A stretch of 64,000 bases of DNA, from NCBI GenBank assembly GCA_951406725.2, contig OX597831.1:42470001-42534000 (forward strand), in the 5' to 3' direction. This DNA is from Octopus vulgaris (taxonomy: Eukaryota). Each line of letters opens with the position of its first letter. The stretch's first letter is position 1. Both the position numbers and the translations under genes were made by a program. Positions 1 to 14,064 of the stretch are shown here, piece after piece. The notes beneath the pieces are model-generated. The model ran no database searches. It was not told the DNA's origin and saw nothing but the letters and a program-made list of their open reading frames with translations.

Positions 1-648
1 GGTGATGTAATTAGCAGTGATGGGTGGCTAGAAGATGAAAATAAGATTGTCAGAACTTTGGAAAATGTGGGGGAAATATTTGCCTCTTACGCATATTTTA
101 TATTTCTTACATTACTTTATACATTTTACATAATCTTCTTTCCTTGTAAAGAGAGGAATTCTTTGTTGTTAACAACAAAGAATTTCTTTCTTTGAATGAA
201 AAGAAGATGCTGAAAAAGTAATTGCCTCTGTTAGCAACAAAGCATTTCTGTCTTTACATGAAAATCTGGTTTTATATAACATGTGTGTGAGATGTAATGC
301 TTGCTACGTAGGAGGAGTGAGACATGGACAGTATATGAGGTAGATCTGTGGAGACTGGAGAAGATGAGTTTAGACATGCAATATTAACCGGCATAAAAGT
401 TAGAGCGCTTGTGAACTGAGAGAGCAGTTGTGCTTTAAAATAATCAGATTGTGGCCATGGACAAAAGCAGGAGAAAGAGGAACATGTAGAAATTAAGACT
501 AAAGAGAAGAAAGGAAAAGACTGAAACTAAGATATATAAATCTAGTAGTACCCCACCCCCTAACAAACACACCAGACCCTGTGGGGTCAAGCAGTGGGGT
601 GGGAGCAAACACAGGTACAAAGACACCCACACAAATGGACTCACACAA

Positions 649-688
<40 letters not shown>

Positions 689-1496
689 CATTTCATCATC
701 TGACATGTAGCACACGGTGTACCTGTACAGGTAATGTTGATTTGATGGAGGGACTGAGTTTATGTGTACACAAACATTTGATCACAAATCATCTGTGTGG
801 TTGTTTGGCAAGAAATTGCTGAACGCTCATACATTGTCTAGTGATGGGAGAGTCCATGGTATCTATCTATATATATATACATATATATACATATATATAT
901 ATAACTCCAAGAAAGTTAGGGGTTGTGAATCCAACCCACTAAAGGATAATATCTATCCAATATACTGTTGGTAGAATACCCAATTATTAATACACAAGTG
1001 TTTTTTATTGTATTGCAATTACATTACCTAGTGTATTAAATGGGTGAAGGTAAAGAGATATTTTACCATTAATTTATATTGCAAATAAGAAAATGGAGGA
1101 GAACACCTTTAGGACATTAAACATGTTAACTTATTTATTTATTAAACTGATAATTATAATAACATACATACATATAGCATATTATTCTTTGCATATAAAA
1201 TAAGGATACCAGTAATTATTAAAAAAACATGAATATAAATTGGTGCAAAGAATAATATGCTATATGTATGTATGCTATTATAATTATCAGTTGAATAAAT
1301 AAATAAGTTAACATTTTTAATGTCCAAAAGTTGATGAACCACGTATTGTTCTCCTCTATTTTCTTATTTGCAATATATATATATATATATATTTCAAAAT
1401 AGAAAATTACCCTTTAACAGGTAATTTTTACATGCTAGAAATAGCAGTCAACACAGCCAAAAATCACAATTTAATAGCAAATTTCGAAGTACCTTA

Positions 1497-1539
<43 letters not shown>

Positions 1540-1897
1540 CAACAGGCTTCTTTCAGTTACTGTCTACCAAATCCACTCACAAGATTTTGGTTGGCCTAAG
1601 GCCATTGTAGCAGACACTTGCCCAAGGTGCCACACAATAGGACTGAACTCAGAACTATGTGGTTAGGAAGCAAACTTCTTACCACACAACCACACCTATA
1701 CAAGCAGAAAGTATCAATAATTATGATCTTTTGAATTAATTATTAATTACTTTTTAAATCACTAATTTATTATGCAAGCCTATTTACACCAGATAACTCA
1801 GTATTTGATGGATGATTCTGTCAACATCTACATTCTTTCAGGAACCTGGAAAGATTTTTTGGTGCATACTTATCTGAATGGTCTTTAAAACATAACA

Positions 1898-2370
1898 ATG
1901 TTAAGGACTATGAAATTGTTTGAAATACTTTACAATTTGCCAAATGTAAACCTCCTCGAGGAATGTGAAGATGCAGGCTGGAAGCAGAGCATTTTCCAAT
2001 CAGGAAGAGGATTTATTGGACACAGTGTGAGGCAACTGTTGTTATCATTAGGCCTAACTTATTATAAAGTCAATACCACCATAACCGATATCCAAACTAC
2101 AGTGGAAGAGACTAGCCACTGGATTTGGTTAAAAAGAGACAATGAGCAATGGCTAGAAGAATATTGAGCTTTATTTGATAGCTAGTTGATCTAGCAAGCG
2201 GGGCCTCATATCAGTGAGTGGGGTGACCAGTGCACATTGATGCCATTGAGAGGTAGGCCCCGAAATGGCACACATTCTCTCCTGATGACCCCATACACTT
2301 GCTGGCTTCCAGTATGTGGAGCTTTTGACTGGTAGCACTTGGATGTGCAAGTTGTTTGCAAAACATGTCA
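1898..2370 (+). mobile_element. 3' end of an R2-superfamily (HERO-like) non-LTR retrotransposon: C-terminal remnant plus 3' UTR
   Basis: LLEECEDAGW...GRGFIGHS...LG...EETSHWIWLKR matches the recalled C-terminus of HERO-type restriction-like-endonuclease ORFs; a structured 3' UTR follows the stop. Confidence 0.7.
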
Positions 2371-3019
2371 AATGTTAAAAACAAGATTATAATTGTTATG
2401 ACCTTTGCCCCTCTTACAAAATGAATGTACTTTTTTTATAAGGGTTCAATGTTGTCCTTGATATCTATAAAATAGAGAGGATGGTTTCATGATTGGATCA
2501 CCTTTGATCATAGGTTTGCTTGATCTGCAACAATCTAGAACTGAACAACATCGACAACAGCAACAATAACCATGACCACTTATCAGTTTTACTATGTTAG
2601 TATAGCTGTGTGAGGGAATGTATTGTGAATTTCTATATAACATGGCTACCACCAACCTCTTATAGTTAACGTACTAATTAAGTTGTTTAATGAGATTTTG
2701 TTAGTTAAATTGAATTTTGTAACAAAAGATGATAATATTCATCAAAAGCCATTTGAAAGTTCCTTTACCCATTAGAATGCTTTTAAAAACAAAGAAGATT
2801 GAAATTATATTTAATGATTGTAGAGAAATCTTGACATATTTCTATTATGGTAAAAATTCTCATTACTATTTTCATTCACAAATGCTCAACATGTGGTAAA
2901 CATATGGTAAAGCTTCTGTGAGTCTCCTTCATTTTTCATTAGAGAATTGCCTAATGGTATAGTTCCAGGTGAAAATTGTCAGTGAAAATAAAGATGTTGA
3001 TATTGTATCATCCTGGGGT

Positions 3020-3086
<67 letters not shown>

Positions 3087-3166
3087 CACACATGTATATC
3101 TCGAGGTACTGCAGGATGGCACAACATCAAGTTCTTTTTTCATATGTATATATATATATATATATA

Positions 3167-3389
3167 TACGAGGGTGTGCTGAAAGTTCCTGGTTTTGGGT
3201 AAAAGAAAATGCAGGGGAATCAGTTAATGATGATTTTATTCAGCATATTCTCCTCCTAGATTCACACTCTTATTGCAGTAGTAGTTCTTCAGTTTTTCTA
3301 AGCCCTGCGAAAGAACTCAGAGGTTTGGGCCCCCAACCGGGGATTTTGCAATACCCTTAAAGCCAAGAAGTTCTCAGCACCCCGTCATA
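3167..3389. mobile_element. Mariner-type MITE (further copies ~4875-5066 and ~9051-9250)
   Basis: TA-CGAGGGTGTGCTGAAAGTTCCTGG ... CCAAGAAGTTCTCAGCACCCCGTCA-TA imperfect TIRs; three homologous copies in the window. Confidence 0.75.
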
Positions 3390-4415
3390 TATGTATAAAT
3401 ATATGTGTGTGTGTGTGTGTGTGTGTACATGCATACACATACAAACACACCTAATATTTTGAGAAAATTTCACAAATCAATTGTCGAATCAATGAAACCT
3501 TACTGAAGCAGTCTTAATTTATTAAAAGCACTTTAATTATTATCCATCATCTGTAATCAATACCATTCAGCTAACACTCTGTATATATCCACTATAATTC
3601 CAAGAGCTGAGATTTTGAGCTACTACCACACATTATGTTCTGTGTCCAGTCTACAGATGCCCAGATACAATGTTACTGAGTCTTAATTGAAATGACAACT
3701 TCTTAGATAAACTGATAGATTTAAACACATTGAGCTGCCAATGAAGAATCTTCCCTCTCCCCCACCACCACTCAACAACACTACTATCACTACCACAAAT
3801 GTCTGTCATCTACTTTCCTAATTTATTGGTTGAAATGGCCAGGCTCTTCATCAGCTGTGTCTATGAGAGTTCCATTTCATTCAATCATCTGAACAACCTG
3901 CTTGTAAAATTAACGTACTAGTAGCTGCATACTCCACAGACATGCATACCCTTAAAATAGTTTGCAAAGAAGTTCAATATGACACAGAATGTGAAAAGCC
4001 TGGCCCTTTGAATTGCAGGTGCTACGCCTTTTTGCCAGCTGAGTGAACTGGAGTGACATGAAATAAAGTGTCTTGCTCAAGGACACAGTGTGCTGGCAGG
4101 AAGTGAACCCATGACCTTATGATTGTGAGCTGAATACGCTAACCACTAAGCCACATGGCTTCTGGTTCATTTATTTACTTAATAACTTACTTGTCTACCA
4201 AACACTAGTGCAACTGTCCTACCAAATCACTGATTTATCTGTCGTCTGAATTACTACTCCATAAACTATGAAATCATTAGATCAGCCATCAGCCAAGCAA
4301 CATATTAACTTGTATGGCAAACCACTTGACCACCTGTCTGCAGAGTCACTATCCCGTCTGTCTACCAAGCCATTAACCCTCTTATCTACCACATCACTTG
4401 TCCATCTGTATTCCA

Positions 4416-4473
<58 letters not shown>

Positions 4474-5149
4474 CAAATAAGAAAATGGAGAAGCACATTA
4501 GTTGGTTCATCAACTTTAGGATATTAAAATGTTGATTTATTTATTTATCAAAACGACAACCATACATATAGTATATTATTCAATGCATATACATATAGTA
4601 TATTATTCAATGCATATAAGATAAGAATACAAGTAGTTATTAAAAGACATGAATATGAATTATTAAAATCACTTACAGCTGTTTCAGCCTATGGATAATA
4701 GCAACTCATTGTGCCTATATTAGTCAAGTGTATTGAGGTGGTAGGCAGTTGAAAATGAGATACTTATATATATTCCTAGGCCGCGCCAGAGATTATAATG
4801 TACAATCATAAAAATATAAATATATATATGAAACAAATTACACGCACAATTTAATATATATATATATATATATATACGAGGGGAGTGATGAAAAGTTCTT
4901 GGCTTTGGGTAAAAGTAAAATTTGGTGGATCTATTGATTATGATTTTATTCAACATATTCCCACACTTATTGCGGCGGTCCTGTAATTTTTTTATGCCCT
5001 GTAAAAGAACTCAGAAGGTTGGGTCTCCAATCAGGCCTTTTGAAATACCCCAAGACCTTTTCAGCCAATCATATGTTGCAAGTTGTCTGGATTTGAACTA
5101 GAGCTGATATCTATGTCAATGCAACCGAAATCTTTTATTTGAAGCTAAG

Positions 5150-5500
5150 TACTGTAAGAGTTTCTTTACTGTTGTCAGTTCAATCCATAGGCAAGTGGTG
5201 CTTTCCATGTTGGACAGGTTAAAAGACAGAGGCCACATTGAAATGGACCACCACTTCCCAGAAATGAAAATGGGTTTCTGTAGAACCCAAACTAGTAGAA
5301 TGCAAAGTTTCAAAACTACTGATGGCAATTTAAAACCAACAAGACTTGAAAGAAGAATTCCTAAGGTAGTGTGGCGAAATCTCCAAAGAAGTTGCAATGT
5401 TGACTCCTCATTTGATAAGCAGTAAAACAGTCCAGAGCTGAGAACAGTGGAGAAAAGTTGTCAATGACCTGTGCTTCACAGGGAGCAAAAGGGTTAAAGA
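5150..5500 (+). mobile_element. Degenerate RTE-clade LINE 3' fragment
   Basis: Ends in QWRKVVNDLCFTGSKRV, similar to RTE ORF C-termini; frameshifted upstream. Confidence 0.45.
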
Positions 5501-6604
5501 AAAGGATATTTTGGCTTACAAGTAGATCTTTTGCTGGCTGAACAAATGTTTACATGTCCACTCTGTTAGGAAAACATTATAGATATCAGTGTCACATTGC
5601 GACTGTAATTTACATATATATATATATATGTATATATATATATGTATATATATGTATATATAAATATATATATATTCACACATATATACACACACTCACT
5701 CATACAAACATATATAACATATGTATATATATATTTGAGCGTGATCGTTACCAGCATCGCCTTACTGGCACCTGTGCCAGTGGCATGTGTAAAAAGATTC
5801 GAGCAAGGTTGTTGCCAGTACCACCTGACTGGCCCTCGTGCCGGTAGCATGTAAAAGCACCCACTACACTCTCGGAGTGGTTGGCATTAGGAAGGGCATC
5901 CAGCTGTAGAAACTCTGCCAGATCAAGATTGGAGCCTGGTGCAGCCATCAGGTTCACCAGTCCTCAGTCAAATCGTCCAACCCATGCTAGCATGGAAAGC
6001 AGACGTTAAATGATGATGATGATATATGTCATAAATTTCAAAGAAATACTTTGATGAACTTTCACTTAACAATAAGAAAAATCCTGATATCATGACAAAT
6101 TGTTTTGTAGCTCAAAAACATGCAAATAATGTATATTATCATATTTATACACTCCTTATCTTTTTCTCTTGTATATTACCATATATTCTGTATATGTTGT
6201 AGAACGACACATTAAGGAGCTTTTTTTATGAGTACTACTGGATCACTTGAATCCCTATATTGTGTCTTAAATATGTGTGTGTGTGTGTGTGTGCGACAAA
6301 AGAACAGGAGTTATGTAAATCACTTTCTTTGAGTTATGTAAGCTCATGAAAGTAATTACATAGTTCCTATTCATTTGGCATTCATTTATTGATGTTACAA
6401 TCTATACTCACCAAATGCATTTTACTCTAAGTCTCTTTACCCCGTGGCATAAATATATTGAGTTCTAACAATAGGTTATTATTACCACTATGCCTAATCA
6501 TAATATATATGTGTCTATATATATATAATAATTATCGAGGGAATATTAATCCAAACTCACAGGGAAAAAATTCAATTTAGAAATACTAAATCAAATTTCA
6601 CACA

Positions 6605-6670
<66 letters not shown>

Positions 6671-6949
6671 GAAAGAACCACCTCTTATCAATTCAAAATG
6701 AACAATTAAATTACACCATCAAGAAAATTACATATGATAGAAATATTAAAAATAAAATAACAATAAAATACCAATGATTAAATAAATTGCAAAAAAAATA
6801 ATAAAAACATATACAATTGGTATAATTTATTTTAATTTTATTGGTATTTTATTGTTATTTTAATTTTAATATTTCTATTATATGTAGTTTTCTAGATGGT
6901 GTAATTTAATTGTTTATTTTGAATTGATGAAAGGTGGTTTTTTTCTAAC

Positions 6950-6997
<48 letters not shown>

Positions 6998-7093
6998 TAC
7001 AAGTGTGTGTGTGTGTATGTATGTATGTATGTATGTGTGTGTAGTTAGATCTGTTGCATTAATTAAATATATGTTTTTTTGTTTTTTTTGCAG

Positions 7094-7212
7094 CTGAAGA
7101 ATTTGTTTCTACTGGTCCTCCATCACTTCAAGAGAAACTGCGCCAAAGAGCCATTCAAGAACTTATTTCTACAGAAGAATCATATTTGCAAGATATGTCT
7201 ATTGTGGATAAG
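7094..7212 (+). CDS. ITSN: Intersectin long form, exon A (linker + start of DH domain)
   Basis: ttttgcag|CT...AAG|gtaaat; xEEFVSTGPPSLQEKLRQRAIQELISTEESYLQDMSIVDK resembles vertebrate ITSN1 'ERKRQGYIHELIVTEENY'. 119 nt, phase 1 to 0. Confidence 0.93.
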
Positions 7213-10194
7213 GTAAATTATTTTGACATTGCTTTGTGTCACTTGTTTGAACTCTACACAACCTGTTTCTTGGACACCTTTTTTCATGGTATGTTGGGCA
7301 TGTTACCCCATGCAAAATAAAGCATTTCCACCTGTTTCCTAAAAGCGTTTTTTGGCTGACAGGCTTAGTATAACATCAGAAATTGAATATTTTTAAAATC
7401 CAGTATGTGCAACTGAGGAGGTATTAAATTAATATAGCCATCTGTGTATCATACTTAAATGTGATACATAGACAGCTTTTTTTTATTTAATTCTGCTTCA
7501 GTTGCATATACCAGGTTTTTATTCGGCCAGGCAGCTATTTTCCAACATCAGTGAATGCTGTATTCACTGTTTCCTACATCAGAGCCATCTAATTCTCATG
7601 TAAGCATGTAACTGATTGCAGGCACATATAATTTCACCCCCAAAAGGCTGAAATGCATCTGGTGTTTCTGCTGGCTGCTGTAATCATTTTTCATCTCCTG
7701 ATATTTATTGTTTTAAACACAACACCCCCATAAGAGATATTATCTCAGGATGAATACCACAGTAACTAGCCTATCAATTGTTCATTCACATTTAGTATGG
7801 TACATAGATAGCTATCTTAGAAGCTAGTTATTTTCTATGCCAGATTCAGGGTCTTAATTCTGCAAATATAATTTGGTTCAAATATTACAAACTTTTTCTT
7901 GTTTGTATTTTGATTCTTTTTATTTTGTATTTTATTTCCATTCATTTCAAAAGAGTATCTTAATAATATATAAAAGTGCCTTTATATATGAAAGAATTTG
8001 AATAAAATTGCATCAGACATGAACAGCTCAAGAAAGATGTTCATAAGAGTCTTGATGTGAAGTTGCCTGACTATGTTGGTGCACGGCCTAATTTAACATG
8101 TATCAAGTGTAGGCATATCTAAGTAAGGCAGGCCTTAGGAGCCATCAGAGAAGCCACACAGAGAGGAAAATTGTTGACTATGCATTATACAGCATCTCTA
8201 ATTGCAGAGAATATGGGAAAGAATGTATATCAGGAGGTAGGCTGAAATGTTATATTAAGATTCTCATCAACAATTCTGTAACACCTACTTGCAGGAGGTA
8301 CTCATCATTGCTACATCTATAGTGTAATTTCCAGAGTGTAAATTTCTAGCAGGATTAAAAAGCTACATCCATGCTGCTCATAAGTAACCCTTTTACATTT
8401 AAACCAACCATATCCAGCCCAAATATTTTCCCTGTTTTATGTCCAAACTGGCCAGATTTGGTTACTCACACCTACTCTACAATGTCATTCTAAGAAATAT
8501 ATAATCAATCATCTAAATTTTGAAGCTAATAGATAACATATTGATATCATATTGATATCATCCTCATCATCGACATTCAGTGTCTGTTTTCAATGCTGGC
8601 ATAGTTTGGATGGCTTGAAAGGAATTGGCAAAGCCAGGAGCCACACCAGGTTCCATAGTCTGTTTTGGTTTGGTTTCTATGGCTGGATGCTCTTCCTAAT
8701 GCTAACCATTCCACTGAATGTACTAAGTGCTTTTTACATGACACCAACATCAGTGATTTTTATGTGGCATCAGCACCCACACCGGTACTTTTTATGTGGC
8801 ACCTTCATTAATTCAAAACACTGGGAATAAATAGGCATTTCATTTGGTAAAATAATCTGAATGCTAAAGGTTTAAATAAACAATCAAGCAAAGGCATTAC
8901 TTGAAATTGAGTTCCAGTCATTATGTATGTATATATGTATACGTATGTACCTAAATGTGTATACATGTTCCTAGCTTTAGGCCACAGTTTTGCACATATG
9001 TAGTTGGAATTTTGCACAGAGGCAAATCTTTTGAAGGAGAAAGCCCTAGATTATGAGGCACTGCTGAAAGGTTCCTAGCTTTGGGTAAAAGAAAATACAG
9101 GAGGATCAGTTAATTATGATTTTATTCGACATATTCCCCTCTATGGCAGTAGTCCTGCTTTTCTATCCTTGTAAAAGAACTTGGAAGGCTGGGTCTCCAA
9201 CCAAGCTTTTCATGATACCCTTAAAGCCAGGAACTTTTCAGCATCCCCTCTTTTGTGACTTTTAGGTTCTATGTTTGTTTGTATTTTCTTATGAAGCATC
9301 ATTTGAGCTATCTTTGGAAATCCTTAGGTTGCAACGATTCTGAGTGAATCAACATTGTGAATTCATGTGATTGTATCTATTTTAGGTGTTAATAAACTCA
9401 GGCAAGGCTGAGTAAACTAAATCGCTACTGCTGTCATTTGCTAGTGAGTATAAATTGGTAGCATGTACCATGCTTTCAGTAATTGTTGTTGTAGGTGTCT
9501 AAGTAGTTGTGAGCAGATGTAGATTCCCTTCCTCTCAACCTTCCTACCCTTAACCTACCGGAACATTCAGGATCTGACAAGTGCGTGTGTGTGATTGTGC
9601 ACAGGAAGGGAGAGGATGAGGAAGAGGGTTGTAATTCAGCTGGTACTCATTTTCAGTTGAACAGACTGGAGCAAATTGAAACGAAACACCTTGCTCAAGG
9701 ATGCAGTATGCTGCCTTGTCCAGGAATTGATCCCGTGTCTTTATGATTGTGAGCATATCTCCTTGACCTCCAGGCCAAGTGCCTTCACTGGCAAGGTTAG
9801 GTACTACTAGTTTTGTATACACCAGCCCATCCATCCATTTTTTTCCGTTTATTATACCTGAGAGGGTCATGGGATAGAGTCCCCAAACACTGTCTCCGTG
9901 GGACCTATCATCATCATCATCATACATCCATTTTCCATGCTGTCCGTTTTGGCATGGTTTTTACAGTTGGATGCTCTTCCTAATGCCAACCACTTTACAG
10001 ATTTTTTTTTATTCCCTGATTAACAGGATTATCCAATTTTCAAAATCATTCCTGCTGCTAGTGTTTGCAAGCCCCAAGTTCATTCACAAGGTGTTGGTCA
10101 GCCTTACACTTGCCCATGGGACTGAAACAAAAACCTCATGGCTGCAAAGCAAGCTTCTTAACCACTTGGCCATGTTCAATTTACTTTCAAGACA

Positions 10195-10518
10195 GTAGTA
10201 TCACCCTTGAGTATAATACGCAAGGGATTTTTAGGGGGCTGTACCACTGAAAAACCTAAACCTTGTGTATAATACGCACCCCTTCTCTAACTTGAGTCAA
10301 CGAGGTCTATATAACGTCCTTGGTTTGTAAAACTGTATATGGTAGCATCCTTTATTATTATTGTATATACAACATAATGCAAACGTGTAGCTTTTTTGTG
10401 CATTTTGTTTGCAGAAAATAAAGAAATAACAGTAATAACGTTTAATAAATGTTGCTTACTGCAAGTTATGGATGATTCTTTTATGACTTCATTGCTTTCA
10501 GGCTTAGCTTAAGGTATT

Positions 10519-10550
<32 letters not shown>

Positions 10551-11490
10551 TGTGTACAGTGCTCAGGTGCACTACAACTCATCTAAAGTGTATATATAAT
10601 CAGGTGTAGTTTTGACGGATTTCGGGAAGCATGAGGGCCTTAAAGGATGCAGTGTCATGGCAGTCAACAACTGATGCAGGCAGTTTATTCCACGCTTCAG
10701 CAACCCTGAGCGTGAAAAAATGTTTCCGAAAGTCATGGGAGCTGTGCTGTTTTCTGACTTTGTAGGCATGTCCACGTGTGTTAGACACATGGAGATCAAA
10801 AAGGTGTTCAGTGTTGTTGTTGGTGAGGTGGTTGATAACCTTGTGGGTGTTTACCAAGTCCGTCGCTAGACGCTGGAGCTTCAGTGAATCCATGCCCAGG
10901 GAAACAAGGCGCTCAGAATATGGTAGGTGTCTGATGGAGGGTATGCGTTTGGTTGCATGTCTCTGGACAGATTCCAGGAGGTCAAGGTTCTGAGCAAGAT
11001 AGGGATTCCAAACTGATGATGCGAATTCCAAGTGTGGTCGTACCATAGCTGTATACAGTTTTAAATAGATGGCTGGAGAGCGGCTAACAAAAGTCTTGCT
11101 GAGTGATGCCAAGACACCCTCAGCCTTCTTGACAATTTTAGAGATATGCTTTGTCCAACGCAAATCACTGCTGACAGTGATGCCTAGGTCACGCTCGCAA
11201 GAGGATTTCTTGATATCAGTGTTGTGGAGGGAGTATGTGGACGCAGGGTTTTTTCTCCCAAAATGCATGGTGGTACACTTGTCCACAGCCAGTTTCAGTT
11301 GCCAGTCTGTGATCCATTGCTGCATTGTGTCGTGCCCGACATCACAAAATGCATCTGAATAAACATTGCCGGACAGCAAATAGAGACTCGGACATTGCTT
11401 AGAAAATAATTTTCAATTTTAACCTCATATATAGTACGCACTAGGGATTTTGACCATTAAATTTTGGGAAAAACATGCGAACATTATATG
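10195..11490. mobile_element. pogo/Tc1-mariner-type non-autonomous DNA element interrupted by a LINE
   Basis: Left part ...CCTTGAGTATAATACGCA..., right part ...GGGATTTTGACC..AAATTTTGGGAAAAA..TGCG; a cleaner terminus TACCGTAAATCCTTGAGTATAATCCGCAC is at ~55362-55421. Confidence 0.55.
10521..11379 (-). mobile_element. 5'-truncated CR1-group LINE (RT C-terminal region) with (ATT)n tail
   Basis: 259-aa ORF with W...WQL, ERDLGI, LY.AMVRPHLEFASSVWNP, LESVQR.ATK, TRGH, FFTLRVAEAWNKLP motifs; tail at 10521-10550. Confidence 0.9.
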
Positions 11491-11569
11491 AGAACGATTT
11501 AGTTGTTGTTTCTGGCAGGTTGAATGACCACATTGAAGTTCTCACTTTTAATTCTGGTTATGAGATTTG

Positions 11570-12430
11570 TGTTGGTGGTAGAATTCTTTGAGTTGGTGAA
11601 GATAATGACAGTAGTGGTGGTGGTGGTAGTAGTAGTAGTGGTTGAAGTGGTAGTTGTAGTAGTGGTGGGGTGGTAGTTGTTGTAGTAGTAGTGGTGGAGG
11701 TGGGAGTTGTAGTACTAGTGGTGTAGGTGGTAGTTGTAGTAGTAGCAGTGGTGGAGGTGGTAGTTGTAGTAGTAGTGGTGGAGGTGGTAGTTGTAGTAGC
11801 AGCAGTGGCGGAGGTGGTTGTAGTAGTAGTAGTAGTAGTGGTGGAGGTGGTAGTTGTAATAGAATGGTAGTGCTAAAGGTGATAGTAGTGGTGGTGGTGA
11901 TGGTGGTGGTGGTAGCAGCAGTGGCAACTGTGGTGATGACAATTATCATGATGCTGGTAGCGAACAGAACGATGATCACACCATAACAATGACGGCTATG
12001 ATGATGGTTGTGATGATGATGATGATGATGACGATGACGACTACGACGATGATGATGATGATGATGAAGGGGATGATAGTAATATCAATGATGTTGATGA
12101 ATATGCAAATGACAATGAATGAAAAAAAACATGGTGGTGGTGATGATTATTGTGGTGGTAGCGGGCGGGTGATGGCAATGATAACGATGATGATAATGAT
12201 GATGATGATGATGATGATGATGGCGATGAAGATGATGATGATGATGGCGATGAAGATGATGATGATGATGGTGGCGATGAAGATGATGATGATGATGAAG
12301 ATGGCGAGTAGTGGTAATGTTGACACGATGACCTCACGGATTGACAAAGCAAATTTCTTGCTGAAGCAGTCTTCTACAGATGTTCTTATCTGATTGCACA
12401 AGTTATTTCCAAAGTGACAGCATCAGCGGC

Positions 12431-12467
<37 letters not shown>

Positions 12468-12648
12468 GCAGCAGCACCAACAATAACAACAACAATAATA
12501 GCAGCAGCAACAACAATAACAACAGCAACAACATTGCTGTCATCTACAACAACAGTTGTAAACAAAAACTATGAGTAGTAACTGCAGTGGTTACAACAAC
12601 AACAACAGCAACAACAACACTACCAACGCCGCCACCACCATCATCACC

Positions 12649-12680
<32 letters not shown>

Positions 12681-13450
12681 CAACAACAATAGAAATGTAA
12701 TTGCATTTATGTAAAATTCTGAGACTGTGCTCCCAGCAATCATCTCTATCCAGAATTATCTCGTAATCTAATTGTGTCGTCATCATGGTCTCCATGATCA
12801 TAACCATCATCATCATCATCATCATCATCATCCTTCTAATCATCATCGTAATTATCATGATCACATCATCATCATCATCATCATTGTAATTATCATCATG
12901 ACCATCTCTATTACTATCTTTGTCCCTTCATATCATCGTCATTGCCGTTGTCGTCATCAACGCCACCCATGTCGTATTCATCATAGCTCCTATCAACAGT
13001 GTCATCATCATCATCATCATCATCATTCATTGTCGTCTTCATATTAATCCTCATGATCGCTGTCATGGTGGTGACAATCTCCCTCCTCTGCACTTCACCA
13101 TCTTTATTACTATAACGTATCATCATCATCATCATCATCTTTATGACCATCACCACCACCACCACCACCACCATCACTACTATCACCATCATCATTGCCA
13201 TCATCATAATCATCATCATCATCATTATCATTTCTTTTCTACATCTAGCCTACTTTTCCAGGACACTCAGAAATAGTTGGTTTTCTTCCAAAGTAATCAC
13301 TCCATCTTGCCCCTATTATCCTCATTACTCTTATCATTACCACCATCATCATTACTATTATTACTGCTACCCCCCCCCATCATCATTACCACCATGGCCA
13401 CCACCATCATTGCCACTACCACTGTCACCATTGCTACCACTACCATCAAC
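11570..13450. repeat. Compound trinucleotide microsatellite field (GTA/GGT/GAT/CAA/CAT); similar fields at ~22950-23250, 24010-24270, 25005-26040, 31590-32280, 35410-36000
   Basis: Direct reading; source of the spurious low-complexity ORFs. Confidence 0.95.
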
Positions 13451-14064
13451 TCTTGTCAATATCTCCCAGGTGCCACGTGGCAGGATTAGTCGGTTGTGTT
13501 TTTATTTCTTTCTAGAAGATATCAGCTGTGGTCAGACCTGGGAGAAAGGTTCAAAAAGAATATCCAATACATGTTATATGCCTTAACATTGCCCCTGAAC
13601 CTCTATCAGGAGTTGAGGACCCTAGGCATGGCAAGATGTAGATTGCAATGAGGAAACCAAGGATCCTTATGGTGGATGCTAAGGAAAGAATATATTGTTT
13701 ACAACCTTGCCATGATCAGCCTGCCTGTAAATAGACTGTCACTCAGCCCCTTTTTTTTCTTTTATATCTAGTCCTCTCAGACTGGTATCCTTAGCAAGTG
13801 TATGAGACATTTTGGTACAGCTGTTTCGGTGCTGCTTATTTTGGTATTACTAATTTGATGCTGATTCACTTGGCATCAGATGTTTTCATGTTTCCTTGTT
13901 CTCTCTTTTTCTCTTTCTCTTTCTCTCTCTCTCTCTTTCTCCCCTGTATATGTGTGGGAGAATATTTCTCTTTATGTGCCTGAGGAGAGGGGAAAGTGTT
14001 TATCACTTCTGTTCAATTAATAAATTGTGATGTCTCCCTCTTTCTGCCATTGTCCAAAACAATC

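Noticed and set aside
11548-13586. Long poly-M/H/S/D/T ORFs (also ~23-26, 31-32, 34-36, 59-61 kb)
   Set aside because: Translations of microsatellites, open in several frames, with no splice or homology support.
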